From an uncultured Chloroflexia bacterium (GTDB lineage Bacteria > Chloroflexota > Chloroflexia > Thermomicrobiales > UBA6265): a stretch of 64,000 nt of DNA. The position numbers and the translations under genes are program-made. The stretch spans positions 24,538-88,537 of the forward strand of contig CAVUJM010000043.1 in the NCBI GenBank assembly GCA_963741795.1, read 5' to 3'. Below are positions 51,946-63,107 of the stretch, in pieces (positions within the stretch are counted from its first letter, which is position 1; every line of letters starts with the position of its first letter). The notes beneath the pieces are model-generated. The model had not been told where the DNA came from. It did no database searches and saw nothing but the letters and a program-made list of their open reading frames with translations.

Positions 51946-53154
51946 CTACGGCGTCGTCACCGCCGCGATGTCCCGCTCCAAGAGCTCCTGTACCTTCTCC
52001 CGCTGCGTCTCGGAGTCGAAGCGGATCGCGGCGAACTCCCGGCGCGCGGCGTCGATCACGTGTTGCACGCCCTCGGCGGTGATCATCCCGCGCGCATAGG
52101 CTTCCGCCGCCGCGCCGACGTAGGTATCGAACGGGAAGATGCCTTCCTGCCGCCAGCCCTCGCGCACCGCCTCCGTCGACGCACGCACATCATGGATGAA
52201 GATGCCCTGCACGGCGTCCGGGTCGGTCTGGAGCATGCGGCGACCGACCGCGACGTCACCCTGCCCGCTGTCGCCGATGAACACGACCCCGGCCTCCGGG
52301 AAGAGCAGGCGGTAGCGGTTGAAGTTCTCGATCTTCTTGTCCGCCATGCTGTCGTGCGTCATCAAATGCAGGAAACTGCCGGAGAGCACCGTATGCGGCG
52401 GCAAGCCGAGCTCGTGCAGCGCGTCGCGCGTGTAGTTCTCGATCAGCCCGAACACGTCCATGGGCCGCGCCGTGATGAAGGTCAGGTCGCCCGGCATGCC
52501 CGGGATCGCCGCGCTGCCACGCTCCAGCGCCTCGATGAACGACACGACGCCGGGGTAGATCGTGCGCTTCGGGTAGCGCCGGTCGTGTAGCCGCGCCTGC
52601 ACGGTGTCGTCGATGTCGCAGAGGATCTTCAGGTCCGTCACCGGGAAGGCGGCCGCCTCCCGCGCGATGTGGTCGAGGATCTGCTGGCGCAGCTCGTTGT
52701 TGTCGATGTCGTCGAAGACCAGTTTCTCGAGGTCCTGATAGTCGCCGCGCGTGTTCAGCAGCGCCTTGAACGCCGCAAGCTGCTCGCCCTTTATCGAGAG
52801 CAGCACCTTGCTGATCGTCCGCTCATGCGGCAGCAGGGTCGGCCCGCTCTGCTCGGCGTGGATCAGCGCCGCCAGCGTCTCCGGCGAGAGATCGGCGGTG
52901 CGCTCGCTGATCAGGTCGACCAGCGCCTGGTGCATGTCCGGCCCGAAGACGCGGTCCTCGACGTCGGAGAGCAACCGGTCTATGTCCAGCCGCGAGAGCA
53001 CCTCGTCCAGCACGTTCCCCGGCAGGGCCGCGAGCAACGCGACGATCTGCCGCTCATCGCGGAGCGACGTGAAGCCGTGTAGCAGGTGGCGGATCCGCTC
53101 GACCGTCGCGTCGACGTCGGGTGGGCCGCTCATCGCGTCACGCTCGTTATCCAT
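51946..53154 (-). CDS. App1-like (DUF2183) HAD-type phosphatase domain protein with a helical N-terminal domain
   Basis: KILCDIDDTV nucleophile motif, LTFITARP, and VVFIGDSGQGD, as in App1-family phosphatidate phosphatases. Confidence 0.6.
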   Translation of the reverse strand: MDNERDAMSGPPDVDATVERIRHLLHGFTSLRDERQIVALLAALPGNVLDEVLSRLDIDRLLSDVEDRVFGPDMHQALVDLISERTADLSPETLAALIHAEQSGPTLLPHERTISKVLLSIKGEQLAAFKALLNTRGDYQDLEKLVFDDIDNNELRQQILDHIAREAAAFPVTDLKILCDIDDTVQARLHDRRYPKRTIYPGVVSFIEALERGSAAIPGMPGDLTFITARPMDVFGLIENYTRDALHELGLPPHTVLSGSFLHLMTHDSMADKKIENFNRYRLLFPEAGVVFIGDSGQGDVAVGRRMLQTDPDAVQGIFIHDVRASTEAVREGWRQEGIFPFDTYVGAAAEAYARGMITAEGVQHVIDAARREFAAIRFDSETQREKVQELLERDIAAVTTP

Positions 53155-54190
53155 TGGCGTTCTGCCAGGGCAGGCTGAAGCGGGGTTTCGGCTGGCGCGG
53201 CGGCCGCTTCGTCGAGCGCACCCGTAGCGCGCCCGGCTCGATCCGGATCGTGGCGCAGCTCACCGCGTCGACCACGTCGCCGTCGAGCTGCACCGCCAGC
53301 GGGTGCGTCGGCCGCGCGATCACCGACCGGGCCGGGCGATGGTGCAAGTCGTCGATCTGATACCGGTGCCGTAGCAGGATCTTCCCGGCGATTGGCAGCC
53401 ATCCGATCGGCGTTGCCGGGGTCATGATCACCACGTCGAGCTGCCCGTCGTCCAGCACCGCGTCCGGGATGAGCCGGATGCCCGCCGGAATCAGGCCGCA
53501 GTTGCCGACCATCAGCGTGCGCAGCTCGACATGCTGCTCCGGGCCGTCGTCCAGCCTGATCGCGATCTCCTCGCCGACCTCGAACACCCGCCGGACGAGC
53601 GAATCGAAGTAGGCGACCCACCCGAGCCGGCGCTTCAGTACCTCGCTGGTCTGGCTGATCGCCGCGGCATCCATTCCGAAGCCCGCGACGACGAGGAACA
53701 CGGTCTCGTACGGGGCGTGGGGATGGTCCGGCGTCTCCAGCCAGATCCGCCCGATGTCGATGGCACGATCCTGCCCTGTGAGGGCATGGCGGACGTTGTC
53801 CTCTATGTCGCCGGGCCGAAGCCCGAGGTTCCGGGCCAGCAGGTTCGCCGTCCCGATCGGCACGACGCCCATCGGGACGCCGGTGCCGGCCAGCGCACGC
53901 GCCACCTCGCGCACCGTGCCGTCGCCGCCCGCCGCCACGACGAGATCAGCCCCGGATGCCACCGCCTCGTGCGCCTGCGCGCCGCCCGGCTGGTTGATGG
54001 TCGTCTCCATCACGCAGGGGGTGGCCAGGCCCGCCGCGTCGCAGCTGGCACAAATGAGGTCCAGCGCCTCCGCCGCCCGGCGCTTCGAGGGGTTGAGGAC
54101 GACGACGGTCTTGGGCGATTCGGCTGATGCGGCGGGGCCGCGCGACGATGTCTCCATGCGCTCTTTATACCGCTTCGGGCCTCGGATCAC
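53147..54190 (-). CDS. Diacylglycerol/lipid kinase family protein (YegS/DagK-like)
   Basis: VVVLNPSKRR...DLVVAAGGDGTVREVA...MGVVPIGTANLLARNLGL. It overlaps the downstream phosphatase gene by 8 nt. The start is uncertain (GTG 54190 or ATG 54157). Confidence 0.85.
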   Translation of the reverse strand: MIRGPKRYKERMETSSRGPAASAESPKTVVVLNPSKRRAAEALDLICASCDAAGLATPCVMETTINQPGGAQAHEAVASGADLVVAAGGDGTVREVARALAGTGVPMGVVPIGTANLLARNLGLRPGDIEDNVRHALTGQDRAIDIGRIWLETPDHPHAPYETVFLVVAGFGMDAAAISQTSEVLKRRLGWVAYFDSLVRRVFEVGEEIAIRLDDGPEQHVELRTLMVGNCGLIPAGIRLIPDAVLDDGQLDVVIMTPATPIGWLPIAGKILLRHRYQIDDLHHRPARSVIARPTHPLAVQLDGDVVDAVSCATIRIEPGALRVRSTKRPPRQPKPRFSLPWQNANG

Positions 54191-54253
54191 CTTCGAGTAG
54201 GCCGTCCACGACCTGTTTCATGGCTCTCCCGTCCTCTGGAGCGGCCACACTAC

Positions 54254-54922
54254 TCAGCCTGTCACCAAATGCGTCTGGAACCAACGTGTCGCGTGCGCGG
54301 TGACCTGCTCCATCGTGCCCGGCTCCTCGAAGAGGTGCGTCGCGCCGGGCACGATCACCAGCTCCGAGATGCCCTTGAGGTGCGCCTTCGCGCGCTCGTT
54401 CATGCCGATCACGGGCTCGTCATTCCCGCCGACGATCAGCAGGGTCGGTGCGGTAACGTGGTCCAGCGCCTCGCCGGCGAGATCCGGACGTCCTCCGCGC
54501 GAGACGACGGCCTTTGTGTCCGCCCGCTTCGACGCGGCGATCAGCGCGGCGGCTGCCCCGGTGCTCGCCCCGAAGTACCCGACAGCAAGCTCGGCCGTCT
54601 CCGGTTGCTCGCGCAGCCAGTCGGTCACCGTCACCAGCCGGTTGCCGAGCAGGGGGATGTCGAAGCGATACTCCCGCGTGCGCTGGTCGATCGCATCCTC
54701 CTGCGCGGTCAGCAGGTCGAAGAGGAAGGTCGCGAGCCCGGCGTCCTGGAGCGCCGCGGCGACCTCCCGGTTGCGCGGGCTGTGGCGGCTGCTCCCGCTC
54801 CCGTGAGCGAAGACGACGATGCCCGTCGCGCCTTCGGGAATAGCGAGGGTGCCATGGATGTTCCCCGCGCTCGTGCTGATCGTGATGTCCCGTTCCGGTG
54901 CCTGGCGCATGATCCTCTCCAT
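54254..54922 (-). CDS. Dienelactone-hydrolase-like alpha/beta hydrolase
   Basis: GIVVFAHGSGSSRHSPRN and GYFGASTGAAAAL (nucleophile elbow). Confidence 0.75.
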   Translation of the reverse strand: MERIMRQAPERDITISTSAGNIHGTLAIPEGATGIVVFAHGSGSSRHSPRNREVAAALQDAGLATFLFDLLTAQEDAIDQRTREYRFDIPLLGNRLVTVTDWLREQPETAELAVGYFGASTGAAAALIAASKRADTKAVVSRGGRPDLAGEALDHVTAPTLLIVGGNDEPVIGMNERAKAHLKGISELVIVPGATHLFEEPGTMEQVTAHATRWFQTHLVTG

Positions 54923-54944
54923 TCCGGGATATCGATAACATCTT

Positions 54945-56233
54945 CTATGGAAGGGGCTCGTCGCCGAATGGCCATGTCTCCGGCGCGTCGCCCAGATCCT
55001 CGTCCGCGATCGGGTCCAGCGGCTGCAATGCGGTCGTCGCGTCGATGTGGATCACGGCGTCGAATTGCTCCGCCATCCGCGCGTGGAAGTAGTGGCTCGC
55101 ACGCTCAGTCTCCGGCCGGTAGATCACGCCGATCGCCCGCTCCAGCCGCTCGCGCGGCAGGGCATCGCCGGCTTCGCGCATCGAGAGCAGGAGAGCCTCG
55201 TGCGGGATGTCGTGAAACAGCGCCTCGTAGCTGCCCGGCAGTCCGGGCCGCACGCGCTTGCGTCGCGCCGGCATGTCCCAGTCATCCGCCGCCGTGACGG
55301 TGCCGTGGTAGGTCGTCTGCCCGATCAGGAACGCCGCGCGCTGGTGCCGCGTTCGCGCCAGTTGGCCGAGGTTCAACTCGCCGGTGTCGCCCATCTCTGT
55401 CGCGCGGGCGTCGCCGAGATGCGAGTTGTGGGCCCAGACAACGATCCGCGCCGGGTGGCCGTTGCGCTCCGTGAGATACGCCAGCAGCTCGTCGAGCGTC
55501 TCCGCCATGTGCATGTCGCGCAGGTTCCACGACGAGACTCGCCCCGGAACATGGCGCGGTAATAGGCCTCCGCGTTCTTCGCGAGGCGGGCATTCTGCTG
55601 CGCCGAGAAGAACTCGTCTTCAGAGACCTTGCCGTCGTGCATCGCCAGCTGCGCGGCGCGGGTGTGCATCTCGACGAGTTGATCAACGACGTCATCCTCA
55701 CAGCTTTCGATCTGGCCGTAACTCGCCGCGAGGCCATAGGCTTGTGAATCGTCGCCGAAGTGGTCGAAGCAACTGTAGCGATGCCGCGCGCGGTTCGCCG
55801 CGGCGGGGTCGACGGTGTCCAGGTAATCGATCACCGCGCGGATCGACTCGTTCAGGCTGTAGAGATCGAGCCCGTAGAACCCCGCCTGCCGACCAGGGTG
55901 CGCCTCGTTGAACTCCCGCAGCCAGAGGATGACGTCGTGGACCATCGTGTTGCGCCACATCCACTGCGGGAAGCGCGCGAAGCTGTCCAGCGCCTCCAGC
56001 GGGGTGTCGTCGGCGCTGGTATGGCGGACGTAGCGGTTGATGCGGAAGGCGTCTGGCCAGTCGGCCTCGACCGCGATCGCGTCGAAGCCCTTCTCCTCGA
56101 TCAGCCGCTTCGAGATCGCGGCGCGCTCGCGGTAGAACTCCTCGGTGCCATGGCTGCCCTCGCCAATGAGCACAAGGCGGGCGTCGCCGATTTCGTCCAG
56201 CAAGCCGTCGTAGTCGGCGGCCGTCCATTCCAA
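54945..56233 (-). pseudogene. Erythromycin-esterase-family protein, frameshifted as assembled
   Basis: LVLIGEGSHGTEEFY...AEAYYRAMFRG is in ORF 55373..56233. SSWNLRDMHMAETL...VVWAHNSHLGD is in ORF 54945..55514. The frames are restored if CCCC 55542-55545 is one base longer. Confidence 0.8.
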
Positions 56234-56356
56234 CGGGTGGGCGAGGGCAGCGAGCCGCTCCAGGTTGCGGGTCGGTACGTGGTTGGATGGAAGCCATGGC
56301 TGATCCTCCTTGTGGCGCGATGCGGGCTGCGGTGGAGGGGGATGATGGCAGGGACG

Positions 56357-57181
56357 TCAGGCCGGCGGGCCGTGGGCGATGTGCTCACGCACGCGGTCGA
56401 TCGGGACGTCCGGTCGGAAGCTGTCGATCCACCATGTCGCGCCCGCTTCCCGATACTCTCGCACCGGCGGCTGGTCGTCGCCCTGGAAGGTGATGATGGG
56501 GCCACGGGCGACGATGTCGAACGGTGCCGCCGAGGCTCGGTGCCGCATGATCTCCTCACGGATCGCGCGGATATCGTCCGGCCGCAAATTCCGGTCCCGG
56601 CCAATGGGGAAGATGCCGTCCCATCGCGCGGCCCGCCGGAAGGGCTTGCGGTTGGGCCAGCGACCCGCGACCCAGACCGGGATGCGCGGCTGTTGCACGG
56701 GAACGGGGAGGAATTGCGCGTCGCGGACGGTGTGGTGGGAGCCGTCATAGGAGAACGGCTCCCCGCGCCAGAGCCCGTCCAGGATCGCGAGTCCCTCGTC
56801 GAGCATCTTCCCGAGCACGCGCGGATCGGTCTCTTCGCCGAACGCCGTCATTTCGCCCCAGCCGTCCCCGCCACTGCCGACCCCGAGGGTCAGCCGGCCG
56901 TTCGAAACGTGATCGAGCGAAACCGTCTCACGGGCGAGCTTGGCGGGACGACGACGCGGCACCGGGGTCACCATCGGCCCGATGCGGACGCGCTCCGTCG
57001 CCACCGCGATCGCCGTCATGGCGATCCAGGGGTCCACGAAGGGTGCGCCCTCTTCGCGCAGCAGGTGGTCCCAGATGAAGACGCCGTCCCACCCGGCAGC
57101 CTCCGCCTCCGTCGCGAGCTGCACGAGCATGCCTACCTCGCCGAACGAACCGAGACACGGCAGGTTGAGCGCGAACTTCAC
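56357..57181 (-). CDS. LLM-class (luciferase-like) flavin/F420-dependent oxidoreductase, paralog 1
   Basis: WDGVFIWDHL...RIGPMVTPVPRRRPAKLARE..SLDHVSNGRL.LGVGSG. The start is GTG at 57181 with a GGAGAGGAG RBS. Confidence 0.75.
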   Translation of the reverse strand: MKFALNLPCLGSFGEVGMLVQLATEAEAAGWDGVFIWDHLLREEGAPFVDPWIAMTAIAVATERVRIGPMVTPVPRRRPAKLARETVSLDHVSNGRLTLGVGSGGDGWGEMTAFGEETDPRVLGKMLDEGLAILDGLWRGEPFSYDGSHHTVRDAQFLPVPVQQPRIPVWVAGRWPNRKPFRRAARWDGIFPIGRDRNLRPDDIRAIREEIMRHRASAAPFDIVARGPIITFQGDDQPPVREYREAGATWWIDSFRPDVPIDRVREHIAHGPPA

Positions 57182-57216
57182 GGCGGTTCTCCTCTCCGGC
57201 GTTCCGGATGATGGCG

Positions 57217-58044
57217 TCAGCCCGGCGGTCCCTGGCGGATCACCTCGCGCACGCGGTCTGCGGAGACATTGCCCCAGAAGACGTCCATCCACCAGGTCAC
57301 ACCGGCGTCGTCGTAATTCTGCGCGGAGACCGGCTGCTCGACGCCGTCCGGCGAGAACACCCGGCCGTTGACGGCGATATCAAACGGTGTGGTGACGGTC
57401 CGGTGCTCATCGATCACCGCCCGGATTGCGCGGATATCGTCGGGCAGCAGGTCCTGTTCCTTGCCGAGCGGAAAGACGCCATCCCATCGGGCTGCACGGT
57501 GGAACGGCTTGCGATTCGGCCACATTCCCGCGACCCAGACCGGGATACGGGGCTGTTGCATGGGGCGGGGGAGGAACTGGGCGTCGCTCACTTTGAAATG
57601 CCGGCCAGAGAAGGAGAATGGCTCGCCGGACCACAGACCGGTGAGGATCTCCAGCTCCTCGTCCAGCATCTCACCGTGCCGCTTCGCGTCCGGGTCCTCC
57701 CCGAACGCGCTGTACTCGCGCCAACCGTCGCCACCGATGCCCGCGCCGAGGATCAGCCGGCCCCGGGACAGGTGATCGAGCGAGACGGCCTCCCGCGCGA
57801 CCTTCCACGGCCGACGGCGGGGGAGGGGGGTGACCATCGGGCCGAGCCTGATGCGCTCGGTTGCCGAGGCGATCGCGGCCATCCCGATCCAGGGATCGAT
57901 AAAGGGGATGCCGGGGTCAGCGAGGATGTGGTCCCAAAGGAAGAAGCCGTCCCAACCGTAGACCTCGGCCTCCACGGCGAGTTCGACGAGCGTGTCGGGG
58001 TCGCTGAAGGTGCCGAAACAGGGGAGGTTGAAGCCGTACCGCAT
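57217..58044 (-). CDS. LLM-class flavin/F420-dependent oxidoreductase, paralog 2
   Basis: Collinear with paralog 1 along its whole length, with DNA-level identity in blocks (for example CGACCCAGACCGGGAT). Confidence 0.75.
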   Translation of the reverse strand: MRYGFNLPCFGTFSDPDTLVELAVEAEVYGWDGFFLWDHILADPGIPFIDPWIGMAAIASATERIRLGPMVTPLPRRRPWKVAREAVSLDHLSRGRLILGAGIGGDGWREYSAFGEDPDAKRHGEMLDEELEILTGLWSGEPFSFSGRHFKVSDAQFLPRPMQQPRIPVWVAGMWPNRKPFHRAARWDGVFPLGKEQDLLPDDIRAIRAVIDEHRTVTTPFDIAVNGRVFSPDGVEQPVSAQNYDDAGVTWWMDVFWGNVSADRVREVIRQGPPG

Positions 58045-58250
58045 CGCGTGCCTCCTTGGTCGTCCCCGGCGCGGAGGGGTGGTCGCGACGCTGCGGTCCC
58101 ACCCGCCGGTACCGTTTCCAGTGTATCGCCCGACGGAAGCGCGTCACCGAAACTACGTCATTTTGCTGATGGCATCACCCCGCTCGTTCCCTAGACTGGT
58201 GGCAAGTAATCCCGGAACAACAGCAGACGGCTTTTGAGAAGGAGCGTCCC

Positions 58251-60119
58251 ATGCCGCATCTCCGTATCCGTCCCGAAACGAACCCATTCGCGAAACTGGT
58301 GGCGATCCTCTCCTTTCTGCTCGCCATGGTCACGATCGGGGCCGGCACGGTGGGAGCTGTTCCGGCGCTCCACGTCGGCAACAGCGCTCGCTCGCAGTCC
58401 CAGGCATGCCAACGCATCGATCCGCCCGCGCCAGACACCTCCGGATTCAGGCGGGATGTCTGGAAATTCACCGACGAGACGACGTTGGCCAACGGGACAG
58501 TGGTCGGCTATGACACTTACTGGTACCCGGAGCCGGATTCGTCCGCGGAGCTCTTCCGCGCCACGACCAGCGACGATGCCCTGTTCCAGGCGACTGACTT
58601 CGAGGCCGGGACATCACTCGGAACAGTCTGGGACGAGCTCTGCCCGGTCCTGGCCGACCTGGGTTCGATCGTGAGCCAGGGAATCGGCCCCGAGGACAGT
58701 ATTGACGCGCTGATGACCATTCCCGTCGACGGTGGCGGCGAGAACTGGGGCGTGGCCCGGCTGCAATACGGGTATGGCACCGATGTCCCGGCGCTCGCCC
58801 TGCTCATCGCCCCTGCCGACACCTTCTCGATCGCTCTGGGGGACGCGTCCGGCCTCGGGTTCAACGGCATGAAGCTGCTCGAAGACATCGACGCCGATGC
58901 CGTCCTCGCCACGCTCGAGAGCGGGGCACCGCCAGCGCAGGAGACGGGGGCGCAAGAAGCGACGCTCGGCTCCGGCACGGTCGTCACCTGGACGCAGCCG
59001 TGGGGCGACGCGTATATCGAGCCGAACTCGGTCAACCTCGTCACAGCGGACACGACCGTGTTCAACGTCGAATCCTACCCGGTGACCGAGCAGACGCTGG
59101 AGAGTGCCGTGGCGCTCACGCCGGCGGGCGAGTACACCGTCTTCGACAGCGGTCCCGACGTGAACGGTGGCCTCTACCAGCTCAGCGGTGTCTCGATGCT
59201 CGATCCCATGCTGGGCGAGGTGCGGACCTGGTTCGTGTACTCGCGGGTCTGGCCGTCCGCCGATGGGCAGTGGATCATCACGACGCAACTCCAATCCATG
59301 ACCCCATTCTTCACGCGTGACCTGTCCAGCATTCCGGGCGCGATCACGCTCGATGGCCAGCCGCTCTGGGCGGATATGGATGTCGCCGCGATCGTCGATA
59401 CGGTCATCGCGGCCGGTGTCGACATGTCGTCCGAGGAGCCGGTTGCACCTCAGACCCAGGAAACGGGGACCACGAGCACGGAGACGCCAGAGGCCGCGAG
59501 CACGGAGGAGACAGCGACCAGGGGGTCGTCGTCTGGCGAGGTGCCCGGCACATCCCCGCGCGATGTCCTGGCCAATGTGCCTGTGGGCCGAACGGTACCG
59601 CGCGCGGTCCAGGACGGGATCTACACCAGCGACCTCTACGACTATACCGTCGAGTGGGAGGGCCAGTGGGACGTCTACGACGAGTGGACCGAGGTCGACC
59701 CGGAGACCGGATACGACACCCTGGCCCTGCGGAGGCCCGACGATAGCGCGGCGATCGTGATCTCCGGCGCGGCCTGGGATGATCAATACTCGGTCGACGA
59801 CTACGTGACGTACTGGACATCGGACGAGTACCTGACGGAGTACCAGCCCGAGGGCACCGAAGTCATCCTCGCGGATGCGTCCCGCCGCTCTGGCGCGGTG
59901 GTGATGGTCGGTCCCGCGAGCGAAGACGACGATGAGCCGTGGGTGACGGTGTTCGAAGTCCAGGTGGTCGGCGGCGAGCTGGAGATCGACGTCTCGTTCT
60001 TCGCCCCCGTGGCCGGGTTCGAGACCGCGTACGAGGATGCCCTTGCGTCCGTCACGCTCAACGGCGACGAGCCTATCGGCTACTTCACGACCGATGAGAT
60101 CGTCGCTGAACTCCCCTAG
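58251..60119 (+). CDS. Secreted/anchored acidic hypothetical protein (622 aa) with an internally repeated module
   Basis: N-terminal hydrophobic signal/anchor and a Thr/Glu/Ser-rich linker around aa 395-440. Both halves end in a similar [AS][IV]T[LV][DN]G motif segment. Confidence 0.55.
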   Translation: MPHLRIRPETNPFAKLVAILSFLLAMVTIGAGTVGAVPALHVGNSARSQSQACQRIDPPAPDTSGFRRDVWKFTDETTLANGTVVGYDTYWYPEPDSSAELFRATTSDDALFQATDFEAGTSLGTVWDELCPVLADLGSIVSQGIGPEDSIDALMTIPVDGGGENWGVARLQYGYGTDVPALALLIAPADTFSIALGDASGLGFNGMKLLEDIDADAVLATLESGAPPAQETGAQEATLGSGTVVTWTQPWGDAYIEPNSVNLVTADTTVFNVESYPVTEQTLESAVALTPAGEYTVFDSGPDVNGGLYQLSGVSMLDPMLGEVRTWFVYSRVWPSADGQWIITTQLQSMTPFFTRDLSSIPGAITLDGQPLWADMDVAAIVDTVIAAGVDMSSEEPVAPQTQETGTTSTETPEAASTEETATRGSSSGEVPGTSPRDVLANVPVGRTVPRAVQDGIYTSDLYDYTVEWEGQWDVYDEWTEVDPETGYDTLALRRPDDSAAIVISGAAWDDQYSVDDYVTYWTSDEYLTEYQPEGTEVILADASRRSGAVVMVGPASEDDDEPWVTVFEVQVVGGELEIDVSFFAPVAGFETAYEDALASVTLNGDEPIGYFTTDEIVAELP

Positions 60120-60308
60120 CTCCGCTCAGGAGGCGGTGCCCCGTGCGGGTATCGCCTCCTGCGGCGTCTCTGTCCTGCCGCCCGGGTTGAGCTGAAGGAT
60201 CAGCAATGCGGCGAGGACGACCATCTCCCCGGCGATGTTGAACGCCAGGACGCATTGCCCTATCGCCGACCGCGAGGCAGGTGCTCGCTCCGGGATGCCG
60301 CGTCTGCC

Positions 60309-60332
60309 GGAATGGCCCCATGGGGCCATTCC
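60309..60332. repeat. 24-bp perfect palindrome GGAATGGCCCCATGGGGCCATTCC
   Basis: Read directly from the sequence. A 19-nt core recurs at 63650-63668, and a related hairpin is at 62982-62999. Confidence 0.8.
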
Positions 60333-60524
60333 GATGCCCGTATCCCTGGATGAGAATATGGTCGGATGTGATGACCGGCTCATTATTCCCCGAGGATGGT
60401 GCACTCCCGTCGCAGCCTGTGCCGGTCACCATCCCGCCCTCCCTTCGGGGCTCCTGGTCCAGGACAGCCCCGAAGTCTCTGGTTGACGCCCCCACCACCC
60501 GAGGGGGCGTCTGCATGTCCCGCG

Positions 60525-62911
60525 TCAGGCGCCCTGGTCGCGCAACGCCGCGATCGCCGCCGCCTGCGAGCGCACGCCCAGCTTCTCCCGGATGTTCGCC
60601 ATATGCCGCTTGACCGTGTGCGGGCTCACGAAGAGGGCCGCGGCGATCTCCGACGATGTCATTCCCGTGGAGACCAGGTGCAGCACCTCCAGCTCGCGCG
60701 GAGAGAGCACCGTCTGCCCTGCCGGAGCCTCGGATGCCTCCGTCGTTGCCGCGCGGGGCGCTCGCTCGGGGTCGAAGCGCAAGAGGCGGTCGATCGTCTC
60801 GCCGAGGTCCAGGGTGCTGCCGTCCGCGATATCGCGCCCGGAGGCCACTCGCCAGCTATCGATACGCGCTCGCGTCGCCTCCGCGTCGGGAAGCTCCAGC
60901 GGGGAACGCGGCAGGCTCATCGTGCCACGCAGGTGCTCGCCCAGCGCCAACGCCTGCATCGCCAGCTCGCACGCGTCCAGCTCGACCAGCGTCGCCGACA
61001 CGATATCGAGCACCAGCGCGGTCGTGGCCAGGTCCCCGATCTCCATCAGCAGCGGCAATGCCTCGCGTAGCTTCCAGTACGCCTCTGCCGGCATGCCGTT
61101 CGCGCGGTCGACATGGGCCAGGTAGACCAGCGGCATGCCGATGCTCTGGCTGTCGTTGTGGGCGCGTCCGAGGCGTAGCGTCTCGATCAGGTGCTGCCGG
61201 GCGTCATCGAGCCGGCCGGCGAAGTAGCGCAGGATGCCGATCCCGAAGTGGCCGGCGGCTTCCTCGTGCCAGGCGTTCTCCACCTCCCGCGCCAGGGCGA
61301 TCACGCGCTCCAGCTCCTCGATCGCCGCCGGGGCATCCGGCCGCTCGAAGGTCAGCACATAGGAATACCCGATCATGCCGAGCAGCACGCCACGGCTCTG
61401 CGTATCGCCGAACAGCTCGCGCGCGGCCTGGAAATGCCGCTCCGTGCGCTCGATCTGGGCCATGCGGTGCGCGAACCACCCGGCGGTAACGTGGGCGCGG
61501 GCCCGCGTCTCCGGGGGTACGTCGTCGCCTGCCAGTTCCAGCAGCTCCTCGATCCGGGGCAGCGCCCACGGGTAGTGGCCCTGGCTGTACCAAAACCAGA
61601 ACATGTCGCCGCAGAGCTCCAGTGCCGCCGGGCGGAGGGCCGGGTCGGTCCGGCTGCGGGTGATGACCAGGTGCACGTCCGGCGACGCTTCCCGCATGCG
61701 TCGCAGCCAGCGCGGACCTTCCGGACCGTGATAGTGGCGGTCCGCGTCCTTCGCCAGCCGCACCAAGCGCGCGGGAGAGGCGGTCCAACGTGGTCGAGCG
61801 CAGCTCGGGCGACGCCTCCAGCTCGTCCAGCAGGACGGCTCCGGATCGTCTGCAGCATGGTGAAGGTGCGGTCCCCATCGCCCGCGGATGGCGCGCGCTG
61901 GATCAGGCTGCGATCGGCGAGGGTCAGCGTCAGGTCCCACGCGTCCCGGAGCGATCCGCTCTCCAGGATCGCCGCAACCGAGGTCGGGGTGAAGCCGTTG
62001 GAGAAGACCGCGAGGCGGATCGCGTCGTCCCGCGTGCCCGGTGGCAGCAGATCCAGGCTCCAGCGGACGAGATCCCGCAGCGATTGTTGCCGCGGGGGAA
62101 GGGTCCTCGGGCCGCCGCCCAGCGCCGGCATCGCATCATCCAGCATCGCCAGCACTTCGTCAGGCGAGAGGTGCCGCAGGTAGGCGGCGGCCAGCTCGAG
62201 CGCCACCGGCAGGCCGTCAAGGCGGCGCACAATGCGCTCGATCGTCTTGCGGTTGCAGTCGGTTACGGCGAAATCGTGGCGAAGCTGCCGCGCCCGGCTG
62301 ATGAAGAGCTCCATCGCGGGGGAACTCGACGCGACCGTCTTCTCGTCCGGCACCGGGAGCGGTGCAAGCCAGATCTCGTGCTCCCCCGGCAAGCGCAGCG
62401 TCTCCCGGCTCGTTGCCAGCGTCACGACGGCGGGGCAGGCGTGCAGCAGCGTGGGGAGCTCGGCCATGGCCTCGATCATCGACTCGGCGTTGTCCAGCAC
62501 GAGCAGGAGTTCCTGGCCGCGCAGGGGGTCGAGAATGGCGTCCGCGCTGGTGGTGTCCTGTCCGGAGGTCAGGCCGATATGCCGGCCAATCGCCTCCCAC
62601 AGAGAGGTGGCATCGAGCCGATCAAGCCGGAGGAAGAGCACGCCATGGGCGAAGTCGCCCGCCAGCCGGTGCGCGGTCGTGAGCGCGAGACGTGTCTTGC
62701 CTACGCCACCCGGCCCCAGGAGGGAGACAACCCGCGATGCACGGCTCTTCAGGAGCCGGAGCACGAGCGCAAGATCATCGTCCCGTCCAACCAGTGGATT
62801 TGTCGGTAGTGGTGGTGGCTGGCGCCTGGGAATGCCGGAGATACCCGGCAAGTGCGGCCCCGTAAGCGTATCCATCGTTGATGACGATCGACGAAGGTCA
62901 TCGCGTTCCAT
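60525..62911 (-). pseudogene. Large LuxR-family regulator (N-terminal P-loop NTPase, TPR-like middle, C-terminal LuxR HTH), two frame breaks as assembled
   Basis: The Walker A GPGGVGKTRLA, LLVLDNAE and GLPVALELAA lie in ORF 61373..62911. A short middle piece LLDELEASPELRSTTLDRLSRAL is in a third frame. TPR-like repeats and LSPRELEVLHLVSTGMTSSEIAAALFVSPHTVKRHMANI are in ORF 60525..61940. Confidence 0.8.
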
Positions 62912-62981
62912 GCGTGCGCCTCACGTTCGCTCCCGTGGGGTGACGTCCGTTTCGTCGAAACCGGCCAAACCGGTTCCGGAA

Positions 62982-62999
62982 ATGGCCCGGAAAGGCCAT
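62982..62999. repeat. ATGGCC-N6-GGCCAT hairpin related to the 60.3 kb and 63.65 kb palindromes
   Basis: CCGGAAATGGCCCGGAAAGGCCATG shares CCGGAATGGCCC-like sequence with 60306-60320. It lies about 70-90 nt upstream of the LuxR-family start. Confidence 0.5.
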
Positions 63000-63107
63000 G
63001 ACTGTTTGTGGATACCGCAGACATCATACCTCATAGGGCTCGCATCTTGACGATAGGCACTCGGGCAGCATGCCCGGGATGCCGTGATGCTGCGGAGGAG
63101 GGGGGGA

